64,000 nucleotides of DNA from an uncultured Gammaproteobacteria bacterium (GCA_964345045.1 CAYFPM010000001.1:539264-603263), one strand, 5' to 3'; shown: positions 45,986 through 55,946, counted from the stretch's first letter. The notes: a model not told the origin generated them from the letters alone. Numbers and translations are program-made.

Positions 45986-48900
45986 CTATACAACAACACT
46001 CACCAACCTCCCCTTCACATAAATCACCTTTTTCGGTTCTTTGCCCTCTAGCCATTTTATAACATTCTCTTGTTCTAGAGCTGTTTTCTTCACTTCTTCT
46101 TCACTAATTTCGGCTGGCACTTCTATAGTCGCCCGTACTTTACCATTTACCTGCACCGCGATTTTGACTACATCGTCGACTATTTTTTCTTTGTCATACT
46201 CTGGCCAAACGGATAGTGAAACAAATTCTTCAAATTCAAACATACCCGCAATCTCTTCGGCCAAATGCGGAGCAAATGGAGCCATTAATTTTTGCATGGC
46301 AATAACTGAACTGTAGTTCACTGTAGGAACTTCCTTAGTTCCAATATTCTTTCTTAGGATCATCAATTGGCTCACGGCAGTATTGAATCTCATTCCATCC
46401 AAATCTTCACCAATCTTCTTGATAGATTTGTGCAAAAGCTTTTCAAATTCTGGATTATTCTCACCCATGTACTCCCCATTTTTGTAAACTGCAAAATTGT
46501 CCCCTATATTTTCTTTTAGCTCTGCAAAGTAATCGTACCAACGATCCAAAAATCTGCGTACCCCTTTTACCCCGTCATCATTCCACGGCTTGGTCTGTTC
46601 TAGCGGCCCCATAAACATCTCGTAGGTACGCAAAGTGTCGGCTCCAAACTCATTAACTACATCAGTGGGGTTAATCACATTACCCCAGCGTTTACTCATC
46701 TTTCTATTATCTTCTCCCAATATAAGTCCTTGATGACGATTCTTGGTAAATGGCTCATCGAAATCAATGTAACCTGCATCAAATAAAACCTTGGTAAAAA
46801 AACGTGAGTATAAGAGGTGTCCATTGACATGCTCTTCTCCACCTAGGTAAAAATCTACTGGCATCCAAGCTTTCAAACTTTCTGGAGAAGCAAATTCATT
46901 TTCATTGTTTGGGTCTAGGTAACGGAAGTAATACCAAGAAGAACACATAAATGTATCCAATGTGTCTACCTCGCGCTTCCAACCTGCACCATATTTTTCC
47001 TCTACTCCTTTTTGAAATTCTTCGGAATATGTAAGTGGAGATTGACCAGTTGGTTTAAAATCTACGTCGCTTGGGAGTAATACTGGGAGATCTTTTTCTG
47101 GAACTGGTTTCAAACCAGAAACAAATACTTCTTCCAAAATTGCCGGCTCTACCAAACCAGTCAAATGATCTTCGTTTGCACTGGCATACACTACTCTTGC
47201 ATCAAAGATATTTACTTGTTCGTCTATTTGTTCTTTTTTGATTATAGGATAATTTTTGTCTGCAATAACAACTGTTTCTTGTGGTAAATCTTTTATTGAA
47301 GCAAAATCAAATTGTAATTTTGCTTCATCACGAAATTCTCTTTCTTTTCCATCATTAAATTCTGGTCTTAGCATGGTATCTATCAATACCAATTTGGCAA
47401 TAGGCTGTTTGGTTTTTGCCAAAAGATGAAATGCCACTGGACCACCATGGCTATGAGCTACCACAACGGTATCTTTGTCCAATTTTATATTTTCAAATAA
47501 ATAATTGGCCTGTTCTGTGGCATTTGGTATTTCTGTATTTGGCAAATCTAGCACCACAACTTTGTGACCTTTTGCTTCTACTTGTGCTTTTAACCACGGC
47601 CAAAAATCTGACTCTGCTGTACCACCTCGTCCATGAATAAAAACATATTGTCTTTTGCTCTCTGCTTCTTGTTCATTGACCAGAATTGGCAATGGTGCTC
47701 CCCAAAAACGCTGGCGAGACACAGACCAATCGCGGAGTTTGTATTGAACTTTACTTTCTCCGTAACCACCATCTACAATCTTTTGCAAAATCTTTTTTCT
47801 ACCTTCCTCATAATCAAATCCATCAAATTCTTCTGAATTTATCAATTTAAACTTCTTTTTGTCTTTTTTTATCTCTGCGTAGCTTACAAACTCTTCTTTT
47901 GAATCCACCACACTTATAACTTCCAAACCAAACTTCTTGGCAAATTCATAATCACGTTCGTCTGCTCCAGGCACAGCCATAATAGAACCAGTTCCATAGG
48001 TAGCCAAAACATAATCTGAAATCCACACTGAAATTTCTTTACCGTTTATAGGATTAATAGCTTTTATTCCCTTTAGTTCTACTCCGGTCTTTTCTTTTTG
48101 GGTTTGTCTATCTAATTCTGTTTTCTTGGAAGTTTCTTTTATATACTTTTCAACTTCATCAATATTTTCAACAATTGTTTCTTGTTTCTTGCCTGCCCCG
48201 TTAGCTTGTCTTTCGGGGTTTCTTGTTTCTTCGAGAAGCGTAGCGACGAGCTCATGCTCTGGTGCCAAAACCATAAAAGAAACTCCGTAGATAGTGTCGT
48301 GAGCGGTGGTAAAGACTGGAATTCTGAATTCTGAATTCTGAATTTCAAAATCAATCTCTGCTCCTTCCGAACGCCCAATCCAATTCCTCTGTCTCATCTT
48401 TGTCTCCTCTGGCCAATCAATCTTATCAAGATCTGCCAAAAGTCTGTCGGCATAATCAGTAATTTTCAAATACCATTGCTCCATTTCTTTTTGCACTACC
48501 ACGTCATCACTACGTTCACACTTACCATCTACCACTTGCTCGTTGGCCAGAACTGTTTTACAACCATCACACCAGTTTACACTTTGCTTTTTTCTATAAG
48601 CCAAACCACGCTCGTACATAAGAAGAAAAAACCACTGGGTGAATTTGTAATACCCAGGATCAGAACTACGCACAAACCTATCCCAATCAACCGAAATTCC
48701 AAGAGACTTTACTTGAGACACAAACATCTCACCAGTTTTGTCGATAGTTTCTCTGGGGTGTACATTAGTCTTAATTGCATAATTCTCGGCTGGCAAACCA
48801 AAAGAATCCAAACCAAAAACTTGAAGGACTTTCTTACCCTTCATACGCAAGTAACGAGCATAAATATCGCAGGCAGTATAAACCTCGGCATGGCCTACAT

Positions 48901-49048
48901 GCAGCCCAGATCCAGATGGGTACGGCAGCTGTGGCAGCACATAAGCTTTGTTTTCGGGGGTAGCATCGGCTGGAGTCTTGAACACCTCTTCTTCTTCCCA
49001 TATCTCTTGCCACTTAGCCTCTATCTCTTTTGGGTTATATTCTTTCAT
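45986..49048 (-). CDS. leuS: leucyl-tRNA synthetase with an inserted YdeN/RBBP9-like serine hydrolase domain
   Basis: HVGH class-I motif, CP1 editing domain, KMSKS; residues ~458-645 (YVFIHGRGG...DFWPW...VVAHSHGG) match the Ser_hydrolase fold. Confidence 0.95.
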   Translation of the reverse strand: MKEYNPKEIEAKWQEIWEEEEVFKTPADATPENKAYVLPQLPYPSGSGLHVGHAEVYTACDIYARYLRMKGKKVLQVFGLDSFGLPAENYAIKTNVHPRETIDKTGEMFVSQVKSLGISVDWDRFVRSSDPGYYKFTQWFFLLMYERGLAYRKKQSVNWCDGCKTVLANEQVVDGKCERSDDVVVQKEMEQWYLKITDYADRLLADLDKIDWPEETKMRQRNWIGRSEGAEIDFEIQNSEFRIPVFTTAHDTIYGVSFMVLAPEHELVATLLEETRNPERQANGAGKKQETIVENIDEVEKYIKETSKKTELDRQTQKEKTGVELKGIKAINPINGKEISVWISDYVLATYGTGSIMAVPGADERDYEFAKKFGLEVISVVDSKEEFVSYAEIKKDKKKFKLINSEEFDGFDYEEGRKKILQKIVDGGYGESKVQYKLRDWSVSRQRFWGAPLPILVNEQEAESKRQYVFIHGRGGTAESDFWPWLKAQVEAKGHKVVVLDLPNTEIPNATEQANYLFENIKLDKDTVVVAHSHGGPVAFHLLAKTKQPIAKLVLIDTMLRPEFNDGKEREFRDEAKLQFDFASIKDLPQETVVIADKNYPIIKKEQIDEQVNIFDARVVYASANEDHLTGLVEPAILEEVFVSGLKPVPEKDLPVLLPSDVDFKPTGQSPLTYSEEFQKGVEEKYGAGWKREVDTLDTFMCSSWYYFRYLDPNNENEFASPESLKAWMPVDFYLGGEEHVNGHLLYSRFFTKVLFDAGYIDFDEPFTKNRHQGLILGEDNRKMSKRWGNVINPTDVVNEFGADTLRTYEMFMGPLEQTKPWNDDGVKGVRRFLDRWYDYFAELKENIGDNFAVYKNGEYMGENNPEFEKLLHKSIKKIGEDLDGMRFNTAVSQLMILRKNIGTKEVPTVNYSSVIAMQKLMAPFAPHLAEEIAGMFEFEEFVSLSVWPEYDKEKIVDDVVKIAVQVNGKVRATIEVPAEISEEEVKKTALEQENVIKWLEGKEPKKVIYVKGRLVSVVV

Positions 49049-49059
49049 AAATTATAAAT

Positions 49060-49172
49060 TAATTTTGCTTGCCCGACGAAGCTTTACCGTGTCCGTCCGC
49101 AGCCAAAGGCGTAGGAGGAGCGAAGGCGGGCCATTTTTGTTCTATTTCTTTTGGGTTGTAAATATTATTCAT
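49060..49172 (-). pseudogene. remnant duplicate of the leuS 5' end (MNNIYNPKEIEQKW) fused to a GC-rich element and a stop
   Basis: manual translation; DNA at 49135-49172 aligns with 49010-49048. Confidence 0.4.
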
Positions 49173-49254
49173 ATAGTTTTAACTTTTAGCTTATTCTAGT
49201 TAAATTAGCCTTTTTTTGCAAGTATGATATAGTTTATTAAATATAATCAAAATT

Positions 49255-49938
49255 ATGGAAAGACTACATTCAGAAAGGAGATTAGGAGAGATAGAAGGAG
49301 ATAGTATTAATACTAATGAAAATTCCCGTTTTGAAAAAACCAAAGAAGAACAAGCTTTGGTAGAGAGAGCTGTGGCTGGAGATAGAGAAGCTTTTTCTGC
49401 TTTGGTAATTGAAAACCAAAATATTGTAGAAGCTAGCTTGAGAGCAATAGTTACAGGACTTAGTGATGAGGATGTAGAAGATATTATTTCAACTACCTGG
49501 CTCAAAGCTCTAAATAACATAGATTCTTTCGAGCCACAGGCAAAATTTTCTACTTGGCTTACCCAAATAGCAAAAAATACAGCTTTAGACAGGTTAAGAA
49601 AAAAGAGCAATAAAGATAGAATTATTTCTGGTAGTGCAAATGTCCCAGTCCATGATTCAGAAAATTCCCCAGAATTAATAAACGTAACAGCTGACCCAAA
49701 GGCATTTTTGCCAGATGAAGAGTATTCTTCTAGAGAAGGGATTCATTTACTTAGAAAAGCAATAAATGAATTACCAGAATCATTAAAAAAACCACTGTTA
49801 ATGACCATGTTTGAAGATAAAGACTATGATACTATTGCCGAAGAACTTGGTATCACGAAGCAAGCGCTAAAAAATAGAATCCACCGTGCCAGAACTGAAA
49901 TAAAAGACAAAATTTCTAAAAGAGAAAATTCGCACTAA
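49255..49938 (+). CDS. RNA polymerase sigma-70 family (ECF-type) sigma factor
   Basis: region 2 (VERAVAGDREAFSALV...) and region 4 (TIAEELGITKQALKNRIHRAR). Confidence 0.7.
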   Translation: MERLHSERRLGEIEGDSINTNENSRFEKTKEEQALVERAVAGDREAFSALVIENQNIVEASLRAIVTGLSDEDVEDIISTTWLKALNNIDSFEPQAKFSTWLTQIAKNTALDRLRKKSNKDRIISGSANVPVHDSENSPELINVTADPKAFLPDEEYSSREGIHLLRKAINELPESLKKPLLMTMFEDKDYDTIAEELGITKQALKNRIHRARTEIKDKISKRENSH

Positions 49939-49940
49939 AA

Positions 49941-49975
49941 CAAAACACCTCTTTTTACGAGGTGTTTTTTATTTA
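49941..49975. terminator. bidirectional terminator (AACACCTC ... GAGGTGTT + TTTTTT)
   Basis: read directly in the sequence. Confidence 0.65.
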
Positions 49976-50745
49976 AAAAATTCCATTACCTTCGGGTGTA
50001 GCTTGGGGTTGGCTATTATCATGTCTTGCCTACCACGCTGCCAGGGGTTACCATCGGCATCGGTAATAGTTGCTCCAGCTTCTTTGCAAATAAGATATGG
50101 GGCTAGAAAATCATGATCCAGCCCAGCGTTTTGTAGCCAAAAATCCACTCCTCCCATAGCTAGGTAACAAGTTGCTAGCATAGTACCGTACTGGTGGACC
50201 CAGATATTACTTTCTTCTATCATTCTTACAAAAGCTTTTCGAAATTCCTCTACCTTTGTACCATACGGGCCGGTAATCTCTGGAACTCTGGCAATGTAGG
50301 CATAGGCATGGTCAAGTATTTCGGTGTTATTTACACTAATTTTTTTGTCATTCATATAAGCCCCTTCGCCAACTTTGGCAAAAAAAAGCTCGTCGGCATT
50401 GGGATTGTAAACTGCAGCCATGTATGGCTCACCATTTTTTAATACCGCTACAATTTGGCACCATATAGAGATACCCATGGCAAAGTTACGTGTACCATCT
50501 ACCGGATCTATCACCCATTCGTATTCTGCTCCTGGGTTAATATCTTCTTCCATCTCTTCGCTTTTTATATGGTGATCTGGATATTTGGCATGAATTTCGC
50601 TAACCAAAAATTCGCTAACCGCAATATCGGCATCTGTAAGCAAATCCCCCAGATTGGATTTGACAGTATGTTTGACCCCGGCATCAAAATATTGTTTGGC
50701 CAAGGCTCCGGCTTCTTTTATCTTTTGTTTGAGAAATTCTTCCAT
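49969..50745 (-). CDS. inositol monophosphatase family protein
   Basis: WVIDPVDGTRNF motif. Confidence 0.8.
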   Translation of the reverse strand: MEEFLKQKIKEAGALAKQYFDAGVKHTVKSNLGDLLTDADIAVSEFLVSEIHAKYPDHHIKSEEMEEDINPGAEYEWVIDPVDGTRNFAMGISIWCQIVAVLKNGEPYMAAVYNPNADELFFAKVGEGAYMNDKKISVNNTEILDHAYAYIARVPEITGPYGTKVEEFRKAFVRMIEESNIWVHQYGTMLATCYLAMGGVDFWLQNAGLDHDFLAPYLICKEAGATITDADGNPWQRGRQDMIIANPKLHPKVMEFFK

Positions 50746-50827
50746 AGAGACTTTATCTTAGCGGAATGTGTGGGAAATTACAAGTAATTATGCTAGGATA
50801 TAAAATATTATATTTTAAAATAAAATT

Positions 50828-51535
50828 ATGGAAGGAAAAGAGCATCCCCAAGGAACTCAACCACCAGTGGAGGAGCAAGGAGAAGAAATTAAGGAGAAAA
50901 AAGAAAAAAAACCAGTGGATCCAGAATTAGCAGAGGCTCGCAAAAAAGAATTGAAAGAATTACTTGCTGGAAAAGAAATACAAGCTTACTTACTAAAATA
51001 TATAAATAAATACCATAGCCCCTTATCTTACATAGCAGATGATATTGTTCAAACAGTTTTATTAAAAGCCTTAAACCCCAAAAACCCTTTTAATGGAGAA
51101 TCTAATCCCAAAACTTGGATTCTAGCTATAGCAAGAAATACATGTTTGGAAAAAGCTCGCACTAGAAAAAAACAAATAGAACGTACAGCTCAATCTAAAC
51201 TATTAGATTTATTAGAAGATGAATCTCCTAAAACTCAATTGGAACAAGGGGCTTTTACCAAAGAACAAAAACGGATTCTCCTACAAGCTATTGAAGCTAC
51301 TTTGAGGGTAGAAGATAAACTAATAATGATGATGTTTTATAACGATGGTAAAACTTCTAAAGAAATAAGTGAAATTTTAGACATAACTCCCGTAGCTGTA
51401 CGCCAAAGACTTAATAGAGCTAGAAAAGAAATAAAAAAATATATAAAAACGATTGAGAAAGGAAGGATTCCTCTAGACAAAGACTCCTATATAGAACACT
51501 ACCCAGAAAAATTGGTGGGGCATAAAGGAGTTTAA
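50828..51535 (+). CDS. RNA polymerase sigma-70 family (ECF-type) sigma factor with an N-terminal low-complexity extension
   Basis: region 2 (DIVQTVLLKAL...WILAIARN) and region 4 (ISEILDITPVAVRQRLNRARKEIK). Confidence 0.65.
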   Translation: MEGKEHPQGTQPPVEEQGEEIKEKKEKKPVDPELAEARKKELKELLAGKEIQAYLLKYINKYHSPLSYIADDIVQTVLLKALNPKNPFNGESNPKTWILAIARNTCLEKARTRKKQIERTAQSKLLDLLEDESPKTQLEQGAFTKEQKRILLQAIEATLRVEDKLIMMMFYNDGKTSKEISEILDITPVAVRQRLNRARKEIKKYIKTIEKGRIPLDKDSYIEHYPEKLVGHKGV

Positions 51536-51544
51536 CCTAATTTA

Positions 51545-51572
51545 AAAAACTGCCAATCTGGCAGTTTTTTGA
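51545..51572 (+). terminator. rho-independent terminator (AACTGCCA-ATC-TGGCAGTT + TTTT)
   Basis: read directly in the sequence. Confidence 0.6.
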
Positions 51573-51723
51573 TTTTTGCTTTTCGTCCTTTCTACAAACA
51601 TTTTGGACTCATCAGTGCCGACATTATCGACAGAAGCTTGTGGAGAATCGGTAAGAAAACTCCAGTTGGTACCCCCCTCGCTCGCTTACCCGAGGCCCAT
51701 GATCCAAGGATCACATGATTAGG

Positions 51724-52392
51724 TCAAGAACCCTCTTCTATTCGACGACTCTCATCGCCTACTTTGATAAGATAGTCCACCCTCTCTTCGTCAACTCGCA
51801 GTTTCATACACGACCAAAGGCATAAGCCTAGATAATAACTGAACAAGACGTGACAGATCCGTGTGTATAGGCTGAAGGGCCAGGAGCCCGCATAGCGGTA
51901 GTCATAGTTGTGGATCCACCAGTCTATTACGACAGCCATGAAGGAGGATATCCCACCCAAAATTCCAAAAAACAAGAGTCCGACTACCAATCTAGGTAGC
52001 CACTTGAGAAAAAACATCGGCTGGGCATGAACGAGCTTTCGAACCAAGAAAGTCATGGGGGCCAGAATAGCGATGATCCATGGCACCAGGAATAGATACC
52101 AATAGGACCTCGTACCTGGGTAGAACCAGCTATCGTTAAAGGGACGCCAGCTCTTTAGCCCCAAAATATTGACACCAATCGCGACTAGCAAAATCCAGGC
52201 GACTAAGATTGGAAACAGGGACAAAAACTGTTTGAGAGAAGGATTGCGATCGAGATAAGGCTTAACGAACTTGAAGCTTACCGAGAAGACTCCCTTTATG
52301 AGGGTGACTGCTGATATGAAGACACTCAACACTTTCCGGATCATGTCCAGTCCGTCGTCAAGGTAATCGTCAACGGTTTTGAAGTCTTTCAT
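51724..52392 (-). CDS. hypothetical polytopic membrane protein; compositionally GC-richer than neighbours, strong SD (AGGAGGGGG)
   Basis: ORF track; SD read on the minus strand at 52396-52410. Confidence 0.5.
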   Translation of the reverse strand: MKDFKTVDDYLDDGLDMIRKVLSVFISAVTLIKGVFSVSFKFVKPYLDRNPSLKQFLSLFPILVAWILLVAIGVNILGLKSWRPFNDSWFYPGTRSYWYLFLVPWIIAILAPMTFLVRKLVHAQPMFFLKWLPRLVVGLLFFGILGGISSFMAVVIDWWIHNYDYRYAGSWPFSLYTRICHVLFSYYLGLCLWSCMKLRVDEERVDYLIKVGDESRRIEEGS

Positions 52393-52592
52393 CTTTTTTT
52401 CCCCCTCCTTAAGGGCATCAAAGAGTGCGTAACCTTATGATGGCCACGCATGATTGTAAACTTCCAAAGTGTACTGCCGACCTATGCCGACGTACATCAT
52501 GGATAGTGACGGTAGGTATACCATAAAAAAATCATTCTGTCAATATAAAAAGAACATTCTTTATAGAATGTTCTTTTTGTTTTTAAAAATTT

Positions 52593-53843
52593 TTAATCCA
52601 TCCCCTCGGTAATTCTCTCTACTGCCCGTACAAAAGCAGCGGTTCTCATGTCTATATTATATTTTTCTTTGGTCTCCCATACATCGTCAAAAGCAGGCAC
52701 CATGATTTTTTCTAATTTTTCCAAAACTTCGGCTTCGCTCCAGTGCTCCCCTTTTACATTTTGATCCCATTCAAAATAACTAACTGTTACACCGCCAGCA
52801 TTGGCCAGTACATCTGGTACCACCACAATCCCCTTTTGTTTTAATATTTCATCTGCTTCTGGAGTAGTGGGACCATTGGCTAGCTCTACTATGGCTTTGG
52901 CTTTTATATCGTCGGCATTGTCTGTGGTAATTTGATTTTCCAGAGCTGCTGGTACCAAAATATCTACGTCTAGCTCAAGTAGTTGGCGGTTACTAATTTT
53001 TTCGTGTTCTACATCACTACACACAGAACCTTCGCAATAAACTGCTTTTAGCTCTCTCGTTTCTTGTTTTACCTTATCCACACTTTCTGGATCAAGTCCT
53101 TCTTTTCTATAAATCCCCCCTTTGCTGTCGCTCACAGCTACAATTTTGTAACCAAGCTTGTGCAATATCTTGGCCATGTAGCTACCAGCATTACCAAAAC
53201 CTTGGATGGCTACAGTAGTTTCTTCGGGCTTTAGATTCATTTTTTTGGCTAGCTCTATTGTGCAATAAACTCCACCTTGGGCCGTAGCAAAACTACGACC
53301 TTCGGAACCACCCTCGGAAACAGGTTTACCAGTAATAACGCCTGGATCTTTTTTGCCAACCATTTTTTCGTACTCATCGCGCATCCAGTTCATAATAGTG
53401 GCGTTGGTGTACACGTCTGGAGCAGGCACGTCTTTGTCGCTACCTAGTACTGGCCACATTTTCTGCATATAGCCACGAGAGAGTCTTTCTAACTCACCTT
53501 CGGACAAATCTTTGGGGTGGACTATTACCCCGCCTTTTCCACCACCAAGTGGAATATTAACTGTGGCACATTTGATCGCCATCCAAAAAGACAAGGCTTT
53601 TACTTCGTCTTTGGTTACATCTGGATGGTAACGGATGCCTCCTTTGTATACGCCCAATGTATTGTTGTACTGGCTGCGGTAACCAGCAAAAACTTTGGTA
53701 CTTCCATCGTCCATTTTTACTGGAATCGAAACAGTTACAAATCTATCTGGGAACTGCAAAACTCTATGCAAATTGGGGTCTAGGTCTATAATCTTGGCTG
53801 CTTTGTCTAGCTGAGCCATAGCATTGTCAAAAGGGTTGTTCAT
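52593..53843 (-). CDS. gdhA: Glu/Leu/Phe/Val dehydrogenase (glutamate dehydrogenase)
   Basis: GGGKGG catalytic lysine region and NAD(P)-binding GFGNAGS. Confidence 0.9.
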   Translation of the reverse strand: MNNPFDNAMAQLDKAAKIIDLDPNLHRVLQFPDRFVTVSIPVKMDDGSTKVFAGYRSQYNNTLGVYKGGIRYHPDVTKDEVKALSFWMAIKCATVNIPLGGGKGGVIVHPKDLSEGELERLSRGYMQKMWPVLGSDKDVPAPDVYTNATIMNWMRDEYEKMVGKKDPGVITGKPVSEGGSEGRSFATAQGGVYCTIELAKKMNLKPEETTVAIQGFGNAGSYMAKILHKLGYKIVAVSDSKGGIYRKEGLDPESVDKVKQETRELKAVYCEGSVCSDVEHEKISNRQLLELDVDILVPAALENQITTDNADDIKAKAIVELANGPTTPEADEILKQKGIVVVPDVLANAGGVTVSYFEWDQNVKGEHWSEAEVLEKLEKIMVPAFDDVWETKEKYNIDMRTAAFVRAVERITEGMD

Positions 53844-53992
53844 ATATATTCATTAAAACTTTAAAATATTAAAGCATTAAAACAACTGCTTTATTTGTTC
53901 CTAGTCTATACCTCCTAAAATTAGTACGCAAGTGTTAATAAAATCCCCTCCCCTTTAGAAGGGGCGGGTTAGGGTGGGGTTATTCAATATAA

Positions 53993-54967
53993 TTAACCTC
54001 TATATCTAAACCAAACCTTTTTACCAAGCCAAACTAGCAAAACCAGCAAAGCCCAGAGTGGAATGTAAACTACAAACCAGATTACAAAGTTAGCCAGACT
54101 TTGGAAAACTCCAATTAGATTTCTGGCAGAATCTTTTACTACGGCCAGCGGTTTCCACTTGTCATCTTCGTCTATTACAGGTAATTCTTCTGGATCAGTA
54201 GAGAGATGCACAGTAATAGTAGATAGAGACGCACTAGTTTCTAGATATCTTTTTCTACCTTCCATACGCTCTATTTGGCTGCGAACATTGCTAAGCTCTC
54301 TTTGCACATTCAACACATCTTCGATCTTAAAAGCCTTTTTCATAATTTCCAAAAATTGTTCTTCTGTAGCTTTCAGATTGGCCAGCTGAGCCGATACATC
54401 TACAAACTCTTCGGTTACGTCACGCCCACTTGTTTGCTGACTTTTTATTTCTCCCTCTCCTCTAATCATATCAATCCCTTCGTCAAAACTTCTTGAAGGA
54501 ATTTTTATAGTTACCGAACCAGCCCAACCATTGCCTTGTTTGTAAATATTTCTATTTACTTCGAATCCTCCTTTTTCTACAGCATAACTGGCGATATTAC
54601 CTGCTGCTACAGCTACATCGTCTACCACTACAGATAGGTTGGCAGTGCGAATAATTAATGGTTCGTCTGGGATAAACTCGTCTCCCCCGCCGGTTTCGAA
54701 TCCTGGAGGTTCTGGTGATGGTGGTAGCACAATAGAATTTCTAGAAACAGTATCTACCAATCCGGCCATTTCTTCGGCTTCGAAAGCAGCTACTTTGCCC
54801 ATAGCCATAGCTCCATCATCGGCATAGTCATATTCGGCTACCATAGCATGCTTGGCAAACCCAGGGCTACCTGTGGTAGCTCCCAAACCAAAAAAGTAAT
54901 TGGCGACAAACAAAGCTACTACCAAGAGCAAAACTCCTATAAAAATTTTTTTATGATTTTCTTGCAT
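53993..54967 (-). CDS. DUF4349-like protein (N-terminal TM, coiled-coil, C-terminal TM)
   Basis: architecture and composition; weak family recall. Confidence 0.45.
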   Translation of the reverse strand: MQENHKKIFIGVLLLVVALFVANYFFGLGATTGSPGFAKHAMVAEYDYADDGAMAMGKVAAFEAEEMAGLVDTVSRNSIVLPPSPEPPGFETGGGDEFIPDEPLIIRTANLSVVVDDVAVAAGNIASYAVEKGGFEVNRNIYKQGNGWAGSVTIKIPSRSFDEGIDMIRGEGEIKSQQTSGRDVTEEFVDVSAQLANLKATEEQFLEIMKKAFKIEDVLNVQRELSNVRSQIERMEGRKRYLETSASLSTITVHLSTDPEELPVIDEDDKWKPLAVVKDSARNLIGVFQSLANFVIWFVVYIPLWALLVLLVWLGKKVWFRYRG

Positions 54968-54982
54968 ATATAAATACTTATT

Positions 54983-55360
54983 TTAAGATTTAAATTTGTT
55001 TAATAAATAAAAAATTATTTTAAAAATAAATATATACCAAACTAACAAAAAGCTTAAACCGATGATGGTCATAAATATTTGAAATGAAAAAGAAGGACCT
55101 TCTGAAATATTTATACTCCCACCGACAGGAGCAATACATCTATTGTAATCCAAAAATCCTATCTTGCCTATAAAACAATAGATTTCTCTAATATTCTCAA
55201 CTATCACCATGAACGGAAAAAACAAAATATCTCTAACCGGCCTAAAAAATCTTATAGCTTCTAAATCGTTTATAAAATAAGAAAAAAAGGCGTGTAAAAC
55301 AAAAATAAATGCCACAAAAAGCACACTCCAAAAAACAGATCTTCTAAAATTATTTATCAT
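54983..55360 (-). CDS. hypothetical small membrane protein
   Basis: ORF track; 3 predicted TM helices. Confidence 0.4.
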   Translation of the reverse strand: MINNFRRSVFWSVLFVAFIFVLHAFFSYFINDLEAIRFFRPVRDILFFPFMVIVENIREIYCFIGKIGFLDYNRCIAPVGGSINISEGPSFSFQIFMTIIGLSFLLVWYIFIFKIIFYLLNKFKS

Positions 55361-55619
55361 AAGTTAAATCAACTTATTTAAGATTATACTTTATATAATT
55401 TTATAAGCAAGAACTCCTAGAACACGCTACTACTATCGCAACCTCACACTAGGGGTTGGAGCCTAATGTAATGTGCGAGATTGCCATCCTTCGGCTCCGC
55501 TCAGGACAGGCTCAGGTCTTGCCGACCTACTCGCAATGACAGAAACAAAGAGAGATAACCTAAAAAAAACCCTGAGCTTGAGCCCAGGATTGTTTTAATG
55601 ATTTCAAGATTTGATGTTT

Positions 55620-55946
55620 TTATGAAACATGTTTATCTATAGCTTCTTTCAATTTTTCTTTTTGTACACCACCTACTACTTTTTCTACCACTTCTCCACC
55701 TTTGAAAACAAGAAAAGTTGGAATACTCAGTACTTGGTATTTGCCAGCAGTTGCTTGATTGTCGTCTACATTTAGCTTGGCAATTTTTACTTTGCTAGCG
55801 TCATATTCATTGGCTAGTTCGTCTACCATTGGGCCCATTACTTGACATGGTCCACACCAAGGTGCCCAAAAATCTACAAACACAGGGACGTCGGATTTTA
55901 GAACTTCGGCTTCGAAGTTTGCATCTGTTAGAGTTAATTCTGCCAT
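55620..55946 (-). CDS. trxA: thioredoxin
   Basis: WAPWCGPCQ active site. Confidence 0.92.
   Translation of the reverse strand: MAELTLTDANFEAEVLKSDVPVFVDFWAPWCGPCQVMGPMVDELANEYDASKVKIAKLNVDDNQATAGKYQVLSIPTFLVFKGGEVVEKVVGGVQKEKLKEAIDKHVS

Noticed and set aside
55421-55560. SRP (4.5S) RNA
   Set aside because: Some resemblance (CAGG...GAAGGA...GGCA), but the conserved domain IV motif GGAAGCAGCC and the helix 8 tetraloop context could not be found on either strand.
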